Shown: in pieces, positions 9,356 to 20,043 of the stretch
How the letters are laid out: every line of letters begins with the position of its first letter
Numbering within the stretch: the first letter of the stretch is position 1
Assembly (NCBI GenBank): GCA_949299195.1
Contig: CASFZN010000021.1
Span: forward strand, 7,114-71,113
Origin: an uncultured bacterium
GTDB taxonomy: Bacteria > Bacillota_I > Bacilli_A > RFN20 > CAG-826
DNA length: 64,000 nt
Direction of reading: 5' to 3'
Notes under the pieces: model-generated
Told to the model about the DNA's origin: nothing
Databases searched by the model: none
The model's input: the letters and a program-made list of their open reading frames with translations, nothing else
Made by a program: the position numbers and the translations under genes

Positions 9356-11548
9356 ATGGGAAAATTATTAAAGAAAATATCACTATTCCTTCTTCCTTTA
9401 ACTCTTACTTTAGGAAGTTGTAACTCATCTGGAAATGGAGAAAGCGAAGAAACTCCAATCGTTCCTCCAGATGATAGCGAAGTTGTTTATACTTATAAAA
9501 CTCCTAGAACTTATAGAGGTACTTTTACTAGCGCTATAAGTTATGATGTTGTTGGAGGAGTTGATATCGATCTTGAATTACTATCAACATATGTCACTTT
9601 AACTTATAGTGAAGCAAACGAAGAAATCCAAGAAGGAGATGAAACAAAATTTGCTAAATTCCATTTAAATTTAGATCTTTATTCATCTCAAGATACTTAT
9701 GAATCTTCAATAATTAGCGATTATTTATTACCTACTATTTTTAGTGATTTTAAATATCAAAACATCAAAGAATATGTTACTGATTTAGATTTTTATTATT
9801 TAGCTGATGGAGTTTTATATACCACTATTTCTAAGTTCAGTGGCGATAAAATGCCTGCTAGAGGCGATAGAAATGCTTTAAAGAGCATTGAACGTGAATT
9901 GGTTGGCACAACAAAACTTGATATCGGCGAATTATTAGGAGTGATGGATAGCAGTGAATCTTCTCAAGGAATGGATGTTGGAGCAATCATCGCTTCTATT
10001 TCTTCTTATCTAGCTGGATTAACTATCGATATTGGTTCAATAAGCGAATTTATCGAATCTTCATTAATTACTATTTTAGATGGTGGAATGGAAGTTACTT
10101 TTAAAGAAGAAGGATTAGATGCAATGAGCAGTTTATTCACCACTCTTTCGCAATTCTTATTCAACTATTTAAATTTAGGCATCACACTTGATGAAGATGC
10201 AAGATTAATCAATATTGATAGTGCTAAATTTTCATATAATCCTCTTCAAGTTCGTTTCTTTTTAGAAGATTCGTTAAGTTTAAAACCACTTCTTGATTTA
10301 AATTTAACTCGTAATGATGAAGAAGAAATTCCTTTAGAACCTGAAATTGATTTGGAAGAAGACTATTTAATTCAAACCCGCGCAGTTAATGCAGCTAATA
10401 CTCTTTATAACCTATTTGACGATTATAAATTTACTTCTTCTTTCCAAACAGATTTTTATAATGCTATCGGCACTATAAATTCTTTAAATGGTGAACAATT
10501 TAAAAGAATTCAAAACTTTAATGATTATTTAGGTTATGAACTCTTAAATGTCGATGAAAACGGAATTTATACCTCATTAAAAGAGGAAGACGAAATTAAT
10601 AAACTCCACGATAAAATCTATAACACAATCCAAAATAAAGTCGATTCTGACTATGATTTTATTAAAAATATCTCTAACTTTATGGAGTTAATGGATTCTA
10701 AATATTCCACAACATTTAAACATAATTTAATTAATGACATTCAAACTAATTATTCAGAAGAATATGAAGCTTTTATCACTTCTTTAAAAACTTATTTAGA
10801 TAAATTCTTAGATTCAATGTATCAAAATGTTACAAAATTATTAGATGAATATAATGCTTTAGAAACCAAAACATTAGATAAAACTCACGAATTTATCAAT
10901 AATTTATACAAAGAAATTTATAGTGAACACACCTTAATTAATTCAAACAATTTAATTTTAGAAGATTTATCTAAATTCACTGAAAGTGACAAAATCTCTA
11001 AGTTATCCTCTGATTTTATTCATGAAATTATCAATTTATTTGACTTTGAACATGAATTAATTGCAGATAGTTTAGGAAATGAAATTTTAAATATTTTATT
11101 AGCATATTATGATGACTTAGCTATTCTTTATAACCAAATGGATCGCGATGAATTAAATTTAATGAATGAATATTCTAATTATTTGGTTGTAAACGAAGAT
11201 AAAGATAATATCTACGACATTTTTATCACTCTTTCTAATAAAAATGCTCAATACTATTCCTTAATGGAATTAAGACAAACTGAAGCAATCGAATCATTAC
11301 TTAAAAAGAGCGATAAAATTGCTAATCAATTATTAGATAACGTTATTACTGAAGATGAAATTTATCATATTTTCTCAAAAACTAAATTAACATCTGTTAA
11401 AAACGAATTAAAAACAACATATAACATGTTAATTAATAGTTTTGATGGTTATATTTATGATACTTATTCCGCAAATTTAACATATATCGATAAATATAAT
11501 CGCTTAAATCAAATTATCGATATTCAATCATCTTATTTTGACAATTAA
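9356..11548 (+). CDS. Hypothetical large lipoprotein
   Basis: 730-aa ORF starting 2 nt after the previous stop. Signal peptide MGKLLKKISLFLLPLTLTLGSC carries a lipobox. Confidence 0.75.
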   Translation: MGKLLKKISLFLLPLTLTLGSCNSSGNGESEETPIVPPDDSEVVYTYKTPRTYRGTFTSAISYDVVGGVDIDLELLSTYVTLTYSEANEEIQEGDETKFAKFHLNLDLYSSQDTYESSIISDYLLPTIFSDFKYQNIKEYVTDLDFYYLADGVLYTTISKFSGDKMPARGDRNALKSIERELVGTTKLDIGELLGVMDSSESSQGMDVGAIIASISSYLAGLTIDIGSISEFIESSLITILDGGMEVTFKEEGLDAMSSLFTTLSQFLFNYLNLGITLDEDARLINIDSAKFSYNPLQVRFFLEDSLSLKPLLDLNLTRNDEEEIPLEPEIDLEEDYLIQTRAVNAANTLYNLFDDYKFTSSFQTDFYNAIGTINSLNGEQFKRIQNFNDYLGYELLNVDENGIYTSLKEEDEINKLHDKIYNTIQNKVDSDYDFIKNISNFMELMDSKYSTTFKHNLINDIQTNYSEEYEAFITSLKTYLDKFLDSMYQNVTKLLDEYNALETKTLDKTHEFINNLYKEIYSEHTLINSNNLILEDLSKFTESDKISKLSSDFIHEIINLFDFEHELIADSLGNEILNILLAYYDDLAILYNQMDRDELNLMNEYSNYLVVNEDKDNIYDIFITLSNKNAQYYSLMELRQTEAIESLLKKSDKIANQLLDNVITEDEIYHIFSKTKLTSVKNELKTTYNMLINSFDGYIYDTYSANLTYIDKYNRLNQIIDIQSSYFDN

Positions 11549-11577
11549 TATTCTTTCAATGTTCCTTCTTTGATATT

Positions 11578-11606
11578 CGCCCCTTATCTTAATAAGGGGC
11601 GTTTAT
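11578..11606 (+). terminator. Probable terminator after the lipoprotein pair
   Basis: CGCCCCTTAT-CTTA-ATAAGGGGCG stem followed by TTTAT. Confidence 0.6.
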
Positions 11607-11621
11607 CTACTTTTTATTAAC

Positions 11622-11677
11622 TTGACATTTGCTAAAAGAAGGTCAATAATCATCTTGGTCAATTTGAAATTGACCAA
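11622..11677 (+). promoter_or_regulatory. atp operon promoter with adjacent 23-bp palindromic operator candidate
   Basis: TTGACA(11622)-17 bp-AATAAT(11645), then the perfect palindrome TTGGTCAATTT-G-AAATTGACCAA at 11655-11677. Confidence 0.6.
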
Positions 11678-11719
11678 AATTAGTTTTCAAATCAAACACG
11701 ATAATTACCTTAAAAATAC

Positions 11720-11735
11720 GTTTCCACGTGGAAAC
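11720..11735. promoter_or_regulatory. parS-like palindrome, copy 1
   Basis: GTTTCCACGTGGAAAC, a perfect intergenic 16-bp palindrome with the CACGTG core of parS. Confidence 0.6.
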
Positions 11736-11757
11736 AATAATTCAAAAATAAGGCAAT

Positions 11758-11805
11758 TACTAGAAAACTACTAGAAATCTACTAGTTAATTACTAACATA
11801 CTACT
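11758..11805 (+). repeat. 11-bp-period TACTA tandem array, copy 1
   Basis: tactagaaaac|tactagaaatc|tactagttaat|tactaacatac|tact. Confidence 0.7.
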
Positions 11806-11816
11806 GTCGTTATTTT

Positions 11817-12212
11817 ATGGAAAGTAAATCTAAAATAAATAAAAAGAAATTATTATCTTATATATTAGTAAACTTAGGAGTTTTATTAACTGGGTTAATC
11901 CTAGGCGTAATCCTCAATTTCATAATAACTTCTCCTACCTTTTTATATTCCTTTTTAATTTCGTATCCATTTAATATTATTGTATTTTTAACTGTTTATT
12001 ATACTTTTACTCATTTTAGTAACGACTCAAAAGCAAAAATGAGTTTTTTAATTTGCTATATTATTCGATTCTTATCGCTCATTTTGGCTATGGGATTAAT
12101 TTATTTATATCTTCATTTAAATAATATGGGCACTTCTTTAAATGTCCTATATTTAGGAATTCCATGCGTAATATTCATGATAAGCACAATTTCAGTCGCA
12201 ATCATAAAATAA
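11817..12212 (+). CDS. atpI: ATP synthase protein I-like membrane protein
   Basis: 131 aa with about 4 TM helices. First gene of the atp operon; the call rests on position. Confidence 0.6.
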   Translation: MESKSKINKKKLLSYILVNLGVLLTGLILGVILNFIITSPTFLYSFLISYPFNIIVFLTVYYTFTHFSNDSKAKMSFLICYIIRFLSLILAMGLIYLYLHLNNMGTSLNVLYLGIPCVIFMISTISVAIIK

Positions 12213-12248
12213 AAAAGTATAATAAGACTATAGGAGAAAGGGGCTAAT

Positions 12249-13094
12249 ATGGATTTTAATAAGATCATTGAAAAACTATCTTGGAACGAATTACCTCCAG
12301 AATTATTTTCAAGCATTTTAGCATTTATAATTACCCTTATTATTGCGATAGTTATCTATATAAAATCAAAAAATTACGATCCACTTAAAAAGCCTAGTGG
12401 CTTTATAAATATAGTCGAAAGCGTCGTTTCTTTTACCGACCGTCAAGTTCGCCAAATTATGGGGCCAGCATTTGATGGATTTGGAGGCTATATCCTTTTT
12501 GTTGGCTTATATATATTATTAGGATTTATTATTGGTTGGATTGGAATTCCTAACTTTTTACAACCTGGTGGTGCTACTTATTTAGAACCGCTTCCAAATC
12601 CTTTTACAAATTTAGCCTTCCCTCTATCTTTAGCACTTTGTACATTTGGATTAACTCATTTTAATGCCATTAAATATAAAAAGGCTGAATATTTAAAAAG
12701 ATATATTGAACCAATCCCATTATTTTTACCAATTAACTTAGTTACTATGTGGAGTCCAGTTTTATCTTATACTCTACGTATTTTTGGTAATGCTTTAGCA
12801 GGATATTGTGTTATTACTCTTATTTATGTAGGCCTAGGAACTATCTTTGATGGAACGTTAAATGGATTAATGTTTACACCAATTATTTCCCCAATTGCTC
12901 ACTTATATTTCGATGTTTTTGATGGATTAATCCAACTCGCAGTCTTTACAATTCTTACAATGATTAATATTGCTAATGAATATGTTTCACCTGAAGAATA
13001 TGAAAGAAACGAAGAAGAAAAACGTCTTAAAAAAGAAATGAAATTAAAGAAAAAAGAAGCTAAAAAACTTAAAAAAGAAAGCGCATATAAATGA
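12249..13094 (+). CDS. atpB: F0F1 ATP synthase subunit a
   Basis: LSYTLRIFGN containing the essential Arg, and GLIQLAVFTILT. Confidence 0.93.
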   Translation: MDFNKIIEKLSWNELPPELFSSILAFIITLIIAIVIYIKSKNYDPLKKPSGFINIVESVVSFTDRQVRQIMGPAFDGFGGYILFVGLYILLGFIIGWIGIPNFLQPGGATYLEPLPNPFTNLAFPLSLALCTFGLTHFNAIKYKKAEYLKRYIEPIPLFLPINLVTMWSPVLSYTLRIFGNALAGYCVITLIYVGLGTIFDGTLNGLMFTPIISPIAHLYFDVFDGLIQLAVFTILTMINIANEYVSPEEYERNEEEKRLKKEMKLKKKEAKKLKKESAYK

Positions 13095-13157
13095 TTATTA
13101 TCTATTTATTTAATAGTTAATATAAAAGAAAAATTAATAAATTAAAGGAGAAAAGAT

Positions 13158-13370
13158 ATGGAATTTATCGGATTAGGTATTGCTTGTATCGGCTTAGGTC
13201 TTGCAGCTTTAGCTGAAGGATGGGCAGTTAGTAAGGGTATGGAAGGAATCGGAAGAAATCCTTCTAGTGCTAACTCAATTAGAACCACCATGATCATTGG
13301 TTTAGGTTTAATTGAATCAGTCGCTATTTACATTCTTTTAGTTGCAATTTTAATGGCATTCGTTGTTTAA
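13158..13370 (+). CDS. atpE: F0F1 ATP synthase subunit c
   Basis: Hairpin with RNP loop and catalytic Glu in IESVAIY. AAGGAG RBS. Confidence 0.95.
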   Translation: MEFIGLGIACIGLGLAALAEGWAVSKGMEGIGRNPSSANSIRTTMIIGLGLIESVAIYILLVAILMAFVV

Positions 13371-13415
13371 AAAATATTCGATTATATTTATAAAATAGTA
13401 AGGAAAGAAAATTAT

Positions 13416-14018
13416 ATGAAAAAACTAAAATTAATATCATTAATATCAATGTTTTCATTCTTCCTAACTAGTTGTGACACTGATGAAATTAAAGATAGGA
13501 TAACTCATACCGTTAATGAGATGCTTCCTAACTTATGGATTACTCTAGTGCAACTAGCACTTTTCATCATCGTTGCCATTTTATTTATTGTTTTTGCCTA
13601 TAAACCAATTAAAAAGAAATTAAATGCTCGAAGCGAATATATTGAAAATAATATTAAAGAAGCTGAAAAGAAAAATAAAGAAGCCGAAGAAAATATTAAA
13701 AAAAGTAATCAATATATCAATGAATCTCAAAAGAAAGCTGGAGAAATTATCCAAGCAGCTCAAAAAACTGCCGAAGTTAAAGCTCATAATCTTGAGATGG
13801 AAATGAGTAAAAATATTGAAGAAACAAAAACTAGAGTTCATAAAGAATTAGAACTTGAACGTAAAAAAATGATAGTAAGCGCTAATGAAGAAATCATTGA
13901 TAGCGTAATTTTAACTAGTAAAGAAATCTTAAAACGTGAAATCAAAAAAGAAGATAATGAAGAATTTATTAATGACTTCGTTAACGAATTAAATAAAAAA
14001 GGAACTTCATCTAATTAA
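13416..14018 (+). CDS. atpF: F0F1 ATP synthase subunit b with an N-terminal lipoprotein signal
   Basis: PNLW-TM helix-YKPIKKKLNARSEYI followed by coiled coil. N-terminal FFLTSC lipobox. Confidence 0.9.
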   Translation: MKKLKLISLISMFSFFLTSCDTDEIKDRITHTVNEMLPNLWITLVQLALFIIVAILFIVFAYKPIKKKLNARSEYIENNIKEAEKKNKEAEENIKKSNQYINESQKKAGEIIQAAQKTAEVKAHNLEMEMSKNIEETKTRVHKELELERKKMIVSANEEIIDSVILTSKEILKREIKKEDNEEFINDFVNELNKKGTSSN

Positions 14019-14040
14019 TTAGTAAAAGACAAAATAAAGT

Positions 14041-14616
14041 ATGAGTGATAATTCAGTAATTAACAAAATAGCCGAAGGATTATTTGATAACGCCAAAGAA
14101 AATAACTTGATTAAAGTCTTCCAACAAGATCTTAATTTTTTAGTCTACCTTCTTAAAACTAACGATAGATACTTCTCTTTTTTAACTTCTCCTTTTGTTG
14201 ATATTAAAGAAAAAGAGGAAAGTTTATATGAAGTATTTAAAGGATTATTACTTAAAGAAACCCTAAAATTCATCTCTATTTTAATTGAAAAAAACTTAAT
14301 AAAAGATATTGAAGAGATTAAAGAGGCTTATGATGATTTAGCAGATAAAGAAATCCATATCTTAAAAGGTATTATCTATTCTCCTTTTGAAATCGATGAA
14401 AAAACGATTCATAAATTAGAAGCTTCTTTTAAAAAATATCTTAAACAAAACGTAAAATTATCAGTAATTATCGATACTTCTTTAATATGCGGAATAAAGG
14501 TTTTAATTAATGGAACAATGTATGAATATTCATTAAATTCAAAACTTGAAGATTTAAAAGAAAACATTCTTAATGAACGTTTAAAATCTTTAAATCTAGC
14601 TGAAAATGAGGAATAA
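14041..14616 (+). CDS. atpH: F0F1 ATP synthase subunit delta
   Basis: Operon position, plus FLTSPFV and IDTSLICGIKV motifs. Confidence 0.88.
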   Translation: MSDNSVINKIAEGLFDNAKENNLIKVFQQDLNFLVYLLKTNDRYFSFLTSPFVDIKEKEESLYEVFKGLLLKETLKFISILIEKNLIKDIEEIKEAYDDLADKEIHILKGIIYSPFEIDEKTIHKLEASFKKYLKQNVKLSVIIDTSLICGIKVLINGTMYEYSLNSKLEDLKENILNERLKSLNLAENEE

Positions 14617-14621
14617 CTCTT

Positions 14622-16184
14622 ATGGGAATTAAAAAAGATAACTTAAATTCTTTATCAGAAATAATTAAAGACCAAATAGAAAAATATGAACATAACATTG
14701 ATACAACAAACGTTGGTCAAATTGTTTCTGTTGGAGATTCAATCGTTACCATTTATGGGCTTGATGAAGCGATGTATGGCGAATTAATTAAATTCCCAAA
14801 TAATCAATATGGGCTTGTAATGAATATTGAAGAAAACTCGATTGGTGTCGCACTTTTTTCAAATGATATAACCTTAAAAGAAGGTGATACTTGTACCCGT
14901 ACTGGAAAAGTTGTAAGCGTTCCAGTTGGTGATGCTTTACTAGGAAGAGTCGTCAATGCTTTAGGAGAACCAATCGATGGAAAAGGTGAAATAAAAACTA
15001 GCGAATATAGAGCCACTGAATCCTTAGCTCCTCAAATTATGGACCGACAAAAGGTAAATGAACCTTTAGAGACTGGAATTAAAGCTATTGATTCAATGAT
15101 TCCTATTGGTAAAGGTCAAAGAGAATTAATTATTGGAGACCGTCAAACTGGAAAAACTGCTCTTGCTATCGATACTATTATTAATCAAAAGGGTAAAGAT
15201 GTAATTTGTGTATATTGTTCAATTGGACAAAAGAACTCTTCTTTAGTTCAAATTGTTAATAGATTAAATAAATTCAATGCTCTTTCTTATACTGTAATAG
15301 TTTCAGCAGGAGCAAGTGAAGGAGCACCTTTACAATATCTTGCTCCATATAGCGCGACTTCTATTGCTGAATATTGGATGCATAAGGGTAAAAATGTTCT
15401 TATAGTTTATGATGATTTGTCAAAACACGCAGTCGCTTATAGAACCTTACTTTTATTATTAAGAAGAAGCCCAGGAAGAGAAGCTTATCCTGGTGATATT
15501 TTCTATATCCATTCACGACTTTTAGAAAGATCTTGTAGACTTAATAAGGAATTAGGCGGAGGTTCAATTACTGCTTTACCAATTGTTGAAACTCAAGCTG
15601 GAGATATTTCTAGTTATATTCCTACTAACATCATTTCAATTACAGATGGACAATTATTTTTATCAAGTGAAATGTTTAATGCTGGTCAAAGACCTGCGAT
15701 AGATTCGACACTTTCTGTTTCTCGTGTCGGCAGTAGCGCTCAATATAAAATAATGAAAGATGTTAGTAAAAATTTAAGAATTGAGCTTGCTAATTATAAT
15801 GAAATGTTAGACTTCTCACGTTTTGGAAGTGATCTAGATAAAGCTACTCAAAAAGTTTTATTACATGGAGAAATTCTACTTGAAACCTTAAAACAAAAGC
15901 AATATATGCCACTTTCTTTAGCTCAAGAAGTCGTTGATTTATATGTTGCTCAAGTTGGATTATTAGATGATATTAATGTCGAAAATATTCATAATGTTTT
16001 AAAATTACTTGATAACTCAATCATCTCTAAATCCAATAATTTATATGAAAAAATAAATAAAACTAAAGAATTTACTAATGAAGATAAAAAGCTTGTTGAA
16101 GAACTTCTTTTAACTATTAAATCAAGTTTAAAAGAAGAAATTTCTTCAAAAGATAATGAATTTGATTTCCGATTAAACGAATAA
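14622..16184 (+). CDS. atpA: F0F1 ATP synthase subunit alpha
   Basis: GDRQTGKT Walker A, PGREAYPGDIFYIHSRLLER. Confidence 0.98.
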   Translation: MGIKKDNLNSLSEIIKDQIEKYEHNIDTTNVGQIVSVGDSIVTIYGLDEAMYGELIKFPNNQYGLVMNIEENSIGVALFSNDITLKEGDTCTRTGKVVSVPVGDALLGRVVNALGEPIDGKGEIKTSEYRATESLAPQIMDRQKVNEPLETGIKAIDSMIPIGKGQRELIIGDRQTGKTALAIDTIINQKGKDVICVYCSIGQKNSSLVQIVNRLNKFNALSYTVIVSAGASEGAPLQYLAPYSATSIAEYWMHKGKNVLIVYDDLSKHAVAYRTLLLLLRRSPGREAYPGDIFYIHSRLLERSCRLNKELGGGSITALPIVETQAGDISSYIPTNIISITDGQLFLSSEMFNAGQRPAIDSTLSVSRVGSSAQYKIMKDVSKNLRIELANYNEMLDFSRFGSDLDKATQKVLLHGEILLETLKQKQYMPLSLAQEVVDLYVAQVGLLDDINVENIHNVLKLLDNSIISKSNNLYEKINKTKEFTNEDKKLVEELLLTIKSSLKEEISSKDNEFDFRLNE

Positions 16185-16212
16185 AATAGTGGTTATAAAA
16201 TTATTAATAATT

Positions 16213-17160
16213 ATGAACGACACTTTATTAACTGTTAAAAAAAGAATTAAAACTGTAACAAGTATTAGAAAAATTACTAAAGCAATGAAACTTATTGCTC
16301 AAAGTCGTTTTAATAAACTCAAAACTATTTATGACGCTAATACTTCCTACATTATATCTATGTCTAGAGCGGTTAATATTTTGCTCAAAAGTATCGATAT
16401 TTCTAATAACGATTTATATTTAGTTAACCCTAATTTATTACCAACTTGTCTAAATAAATATTCAAATAGTAACCGTAAATTATATATTTATGTTTCTTCT
16501 ACTTTAGGATTAAGTGGAAGCTATTACTATAATTTAGATAAGGTAGCAAAAAAGTTATTAACTAAAGATGCTGACTGTATTTTTATTGGTGAAAAAGGAT
16601 TTAAACACTATAAAGATAAGGTTAATAAGTATTATGACGATTTTTTATATCTTCTTTCCGATTTAGATTATGATACAGTTAATTATTTTAGACATTATTT
16701 AGATAAAATTTATCGCGAAAACGAATATTCTTCAATTGAAGTTATCTATACTCACTTTGTTAATTCAATGAGTTTTGAAATAAAAGTTACTACTCTTCTT
16801 CCTCTTGATTTAAAAGAAACTGAAGATAGAATCATCAACATTAAAGGAATTAACAAAGATTTAGTTGTTAAAGAAGAAGATATTGAAAAACTATATAAAG
16901 AACCTATTTTTGAAGGTGATGTTAAGCGCGAAGTCGACTTAATCGTCCCCCATTATCTAGACGCATTATTATTTAGAATTATGCTTTCTTCTAGTTTAAG
17001 TGAAGAAACTTCTAGAAAAAATAGTATGGAAAATGCAACTAGTAGTGCAGATAAATTAATTCATGATTTAAATTTAAAACGCAATAAATTAAGACAAACT
17101 AAAATTACAAACGAAATAACCGAGATTGTTTCTTCAAATAATGAGGATATTATCTATTAA
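16213..17160 (+). CDS. atpG: F0F1 ATP synthase subunit gamma
   Basis: KITKAMKLIA and RQTKITNEITEIVS motifs. ATG at 16213 preferred over GTG at 16189. Confidence 0.93.
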   Translation: MNDTLLTVKKRIKTVTSIRKITKAMKLIAQSRFNKLKTIYDANTSYIISMSRAVNILLKSIDISNNDLYLVNPNLLPTCLNKYSNSNRKLYIYVSSTLGLSGSYYYNLDKVAKKLLTKDADCIFIGEKGFKHYKDKVNKYYDDFLYLLSDLDYDTVNYFRHYLDKIYRENEYSSIEVIYTHFVNSMSFEIKVTTLLPLDLKETEDRIINIKGINKDLVVKEEDIEKLYKEPIFEGDVKREVDLIVPHYLDALLFRIMLSSSLSEETSRKNSMENATSSADKLIHDLNLKRNKLRQTKITNEITEIVSSNNEDIIY

Positions 17161-17189
17161 ATAGTGGTATATAAAATTTAAATTTATAA

Positions 17190-18659
<1,470 letters not shown>

Positions 18660-18664
18660 TAAAA

Positions 18665-19075
18665 ATGAACGAAAATTTAATGAAATTAAAAATAATTACT
18701 CCCTTAAAAGAGGAAGATATTGATTCAGTTAAAGCTATAAAAATTTTAACTGATAATGGAGAAGTTGAAATTCTTCCTTTTCATAATGATTATATGGCAA
18801 ACGTTGAAATTTCAGTTTTAGAATTAAAACTTGAAGATGAAAGAACCCTCTCATATGCAGTTGGAGGAGGGTTAATTCATTTTATTGAATCTTTAAATGA
18901 AGCTCATTTAATTGTTCCTAACTTTATCAGCGTTGAATCACTTGATGAAGAAATAAGAAAAAAAGCCGAGGAATTAGCACTTAATAAACTTAAAAGCGCT
19001 AAAAGTCGACTCGAACACCGTAAGGCTGAACTTAATCTTAAACGTGCTTTATCAGATATTAGAAATAAGGAATAA
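18665..19075 (+). CDS. atpC: F0F1 ATP synthase subunit epsilon
   Basis: LKIITP, GEVEILPFH, AVGGG and a C-terminal helix pair. Last gene of the operon. Confidence 0.9.
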   Translation: MNENLMKLKIITPLKEEDIDSVKAIKILTDNGEVEILPFHNDYMANVEISVLELKLEDERTLSYAVGGGLIHFIESLNEAHLIVPNFISVESLDEEIRKKAEELALNKLKSAKSRLEHRKAELNLKRALSDIRNKE

Positions 19076-19127
19076 CTCCTTTTATTTAGAATATCTTTTT
19101 GATAAAATAATTGAGCACGAAATTTGT

Positions 19128-19203
19128 GGGGCTTTAGCTCAGTTGGGAGAGCGCTTCCATGGCATGGAAGAGGTCGCCAGTTCGATCCTGGTAAGCTCCA
19201 CCA
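19128..19203 (+). tRNA. tRNA-Ala(GGC)
   Basis: 76-nt cloverleaf GGGGCTT...AAGCTCCA-CCA with anticodon GGC and the G3:U70 alanine identity pair. Confidence 0.97.
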
Positions 19204-19216
19204 AAATTATATATTT

Positions 19217-19240
19217 CCTCGATTATATCGAGGTTTTTTT
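19217..19240 (+). terminator. Intrinsic terminator after tRNA-Ala
   Basis: CCTCGAT-TAT-ATCGAGG followed by T7. Confidence 0.75.
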
Positions 19241-19730
19241 ATTTAATTACACTATTTAAACTAGAATCAATAAACCATCTTAAAGAGCTTTCAGTTTCAT
19301 AACTAGAAATTCTTTTTCCAGGGACAACATCTAAAGCGTTAGTTAATTCTTTAATATGTTTTTCACTATCTCCTAATCCGCTACTTGAAGATGTAATAAA
19401 AGGAACAATGGTTTTATTAGTAAAATCATATGATTTTAAAAATGTTCTAATAATATTTGGTTCTCTAAGCCACCAAATAGGATAACCAATAAAGAAAGTA
19501 TCGTATTCATCAAAATTTTCAATTTTATTTAAAATAGGAACATCTAAATCGATATTTTTATCTTCTAAAGAGGTTCTAGAATTTGGATTATCATAATCAA
19601 TATCTAAAGAAGAATATTTTTCTACTGGAACGATTTCAAATGTTTCGCATCCAATAATGTTAGCGATTTTATTAGCAATTGATCTTGTTGTTCCGGTTGT
19701 TGAGAAATAACATACTAATACTTTTTTCAT
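19239..19730 (-). CDS. Flavodoxin (Flavodoxin_4-like)
   Basis: YFSTTGTT FMN-binding loop, FIGYPIWW, PFITSSSSGLG. Confidence 0.9.
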   Translation of the reverse strand: MKKVLVCYFSTTGTTRSIANKIANIIGCETFEIVPVEKYSSLDIDYDNPNSRTSLEDKNIDLDVPILNKIENFDEYDTFFIGYPIWWLREPNIIRTFLKSYDFTNKTIVPFITSSSSGLGDSEKHIKELTNALDVVPGKRISSYETESSLRWFIDSSLNSVIK

Positions 19731-19897
19731 AATTTTATTTTTGCTCCTTTTTTAATTGCCACTATTTTATTTAATTAATCGCAATAATTTATTTAACACT
19801 ATTTTAACTAAATTTACGAACAATTTATTCTATCAATAATAGATTCTATATTCTAAATATATGCTTAATTATTTTTATAATTATATAAAAATAAAGA

Positions 19898-19975
19898 TGG
19901 CGTCCATGGGAGGATTTGAACCTCTGACCCCACGCTTAGGAGGCGTGTGCTCTATCCGGACTGAGCTACATGGAC
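19898..19975 (-). tRNA. tRNA-Arg(CCT)
   Basis: 78-nt cloverleaf GTCCATG...CATGGAC-G-CCA with anticodon CCT. Arg identity elements A20 and G73 are present. One A49-C65 mismatch in the T-stem. Confidence 0.93.
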
Positions 19976-19990
19976 ATTATTTTTATAAGA

Positions 19991-20024
19991 ATATAGTTGT
20001 AACGAAGTTTCGTTACAACTATAT
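19991..20024. repeat. Perfect 16-bp inverted repeat between polC and tRNA-Arg
   Basis: ATATAGTTGTAACGAA-GT-TTCGTTACAACTATAT. Confidence 0.8.
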
Positions 20025-20043
20025 ATTATAAATAAGTTTTATC

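Noticed and set aside
11758-11805. TACTA arrays as CRISPR remnants
   Set aside because: The period is 11 bp with no spacer-sized unique sequence, and there are no cas genes.
15516-15518. CGA reassignment together with CGG
   Set aside because: CGA encodes the conserved Arg in atpA HSRLLER, so CGA is Arg.
19044-19259. 71-aa ORF after atpC
   Set aside because: It overlaps tRNA-Ala and its terminator, so it is not a real protein.
19898-19975. AGG->Met reassignment (reported in some uncultured Bacilli), suggested by the tRNA with a CCT anticodon
   Set aside because: The tRNA keeps the Arg identity elements A20 and G73, and AGG encodes conserved Arg residues in frr (RTGRAN, EDRRKE).
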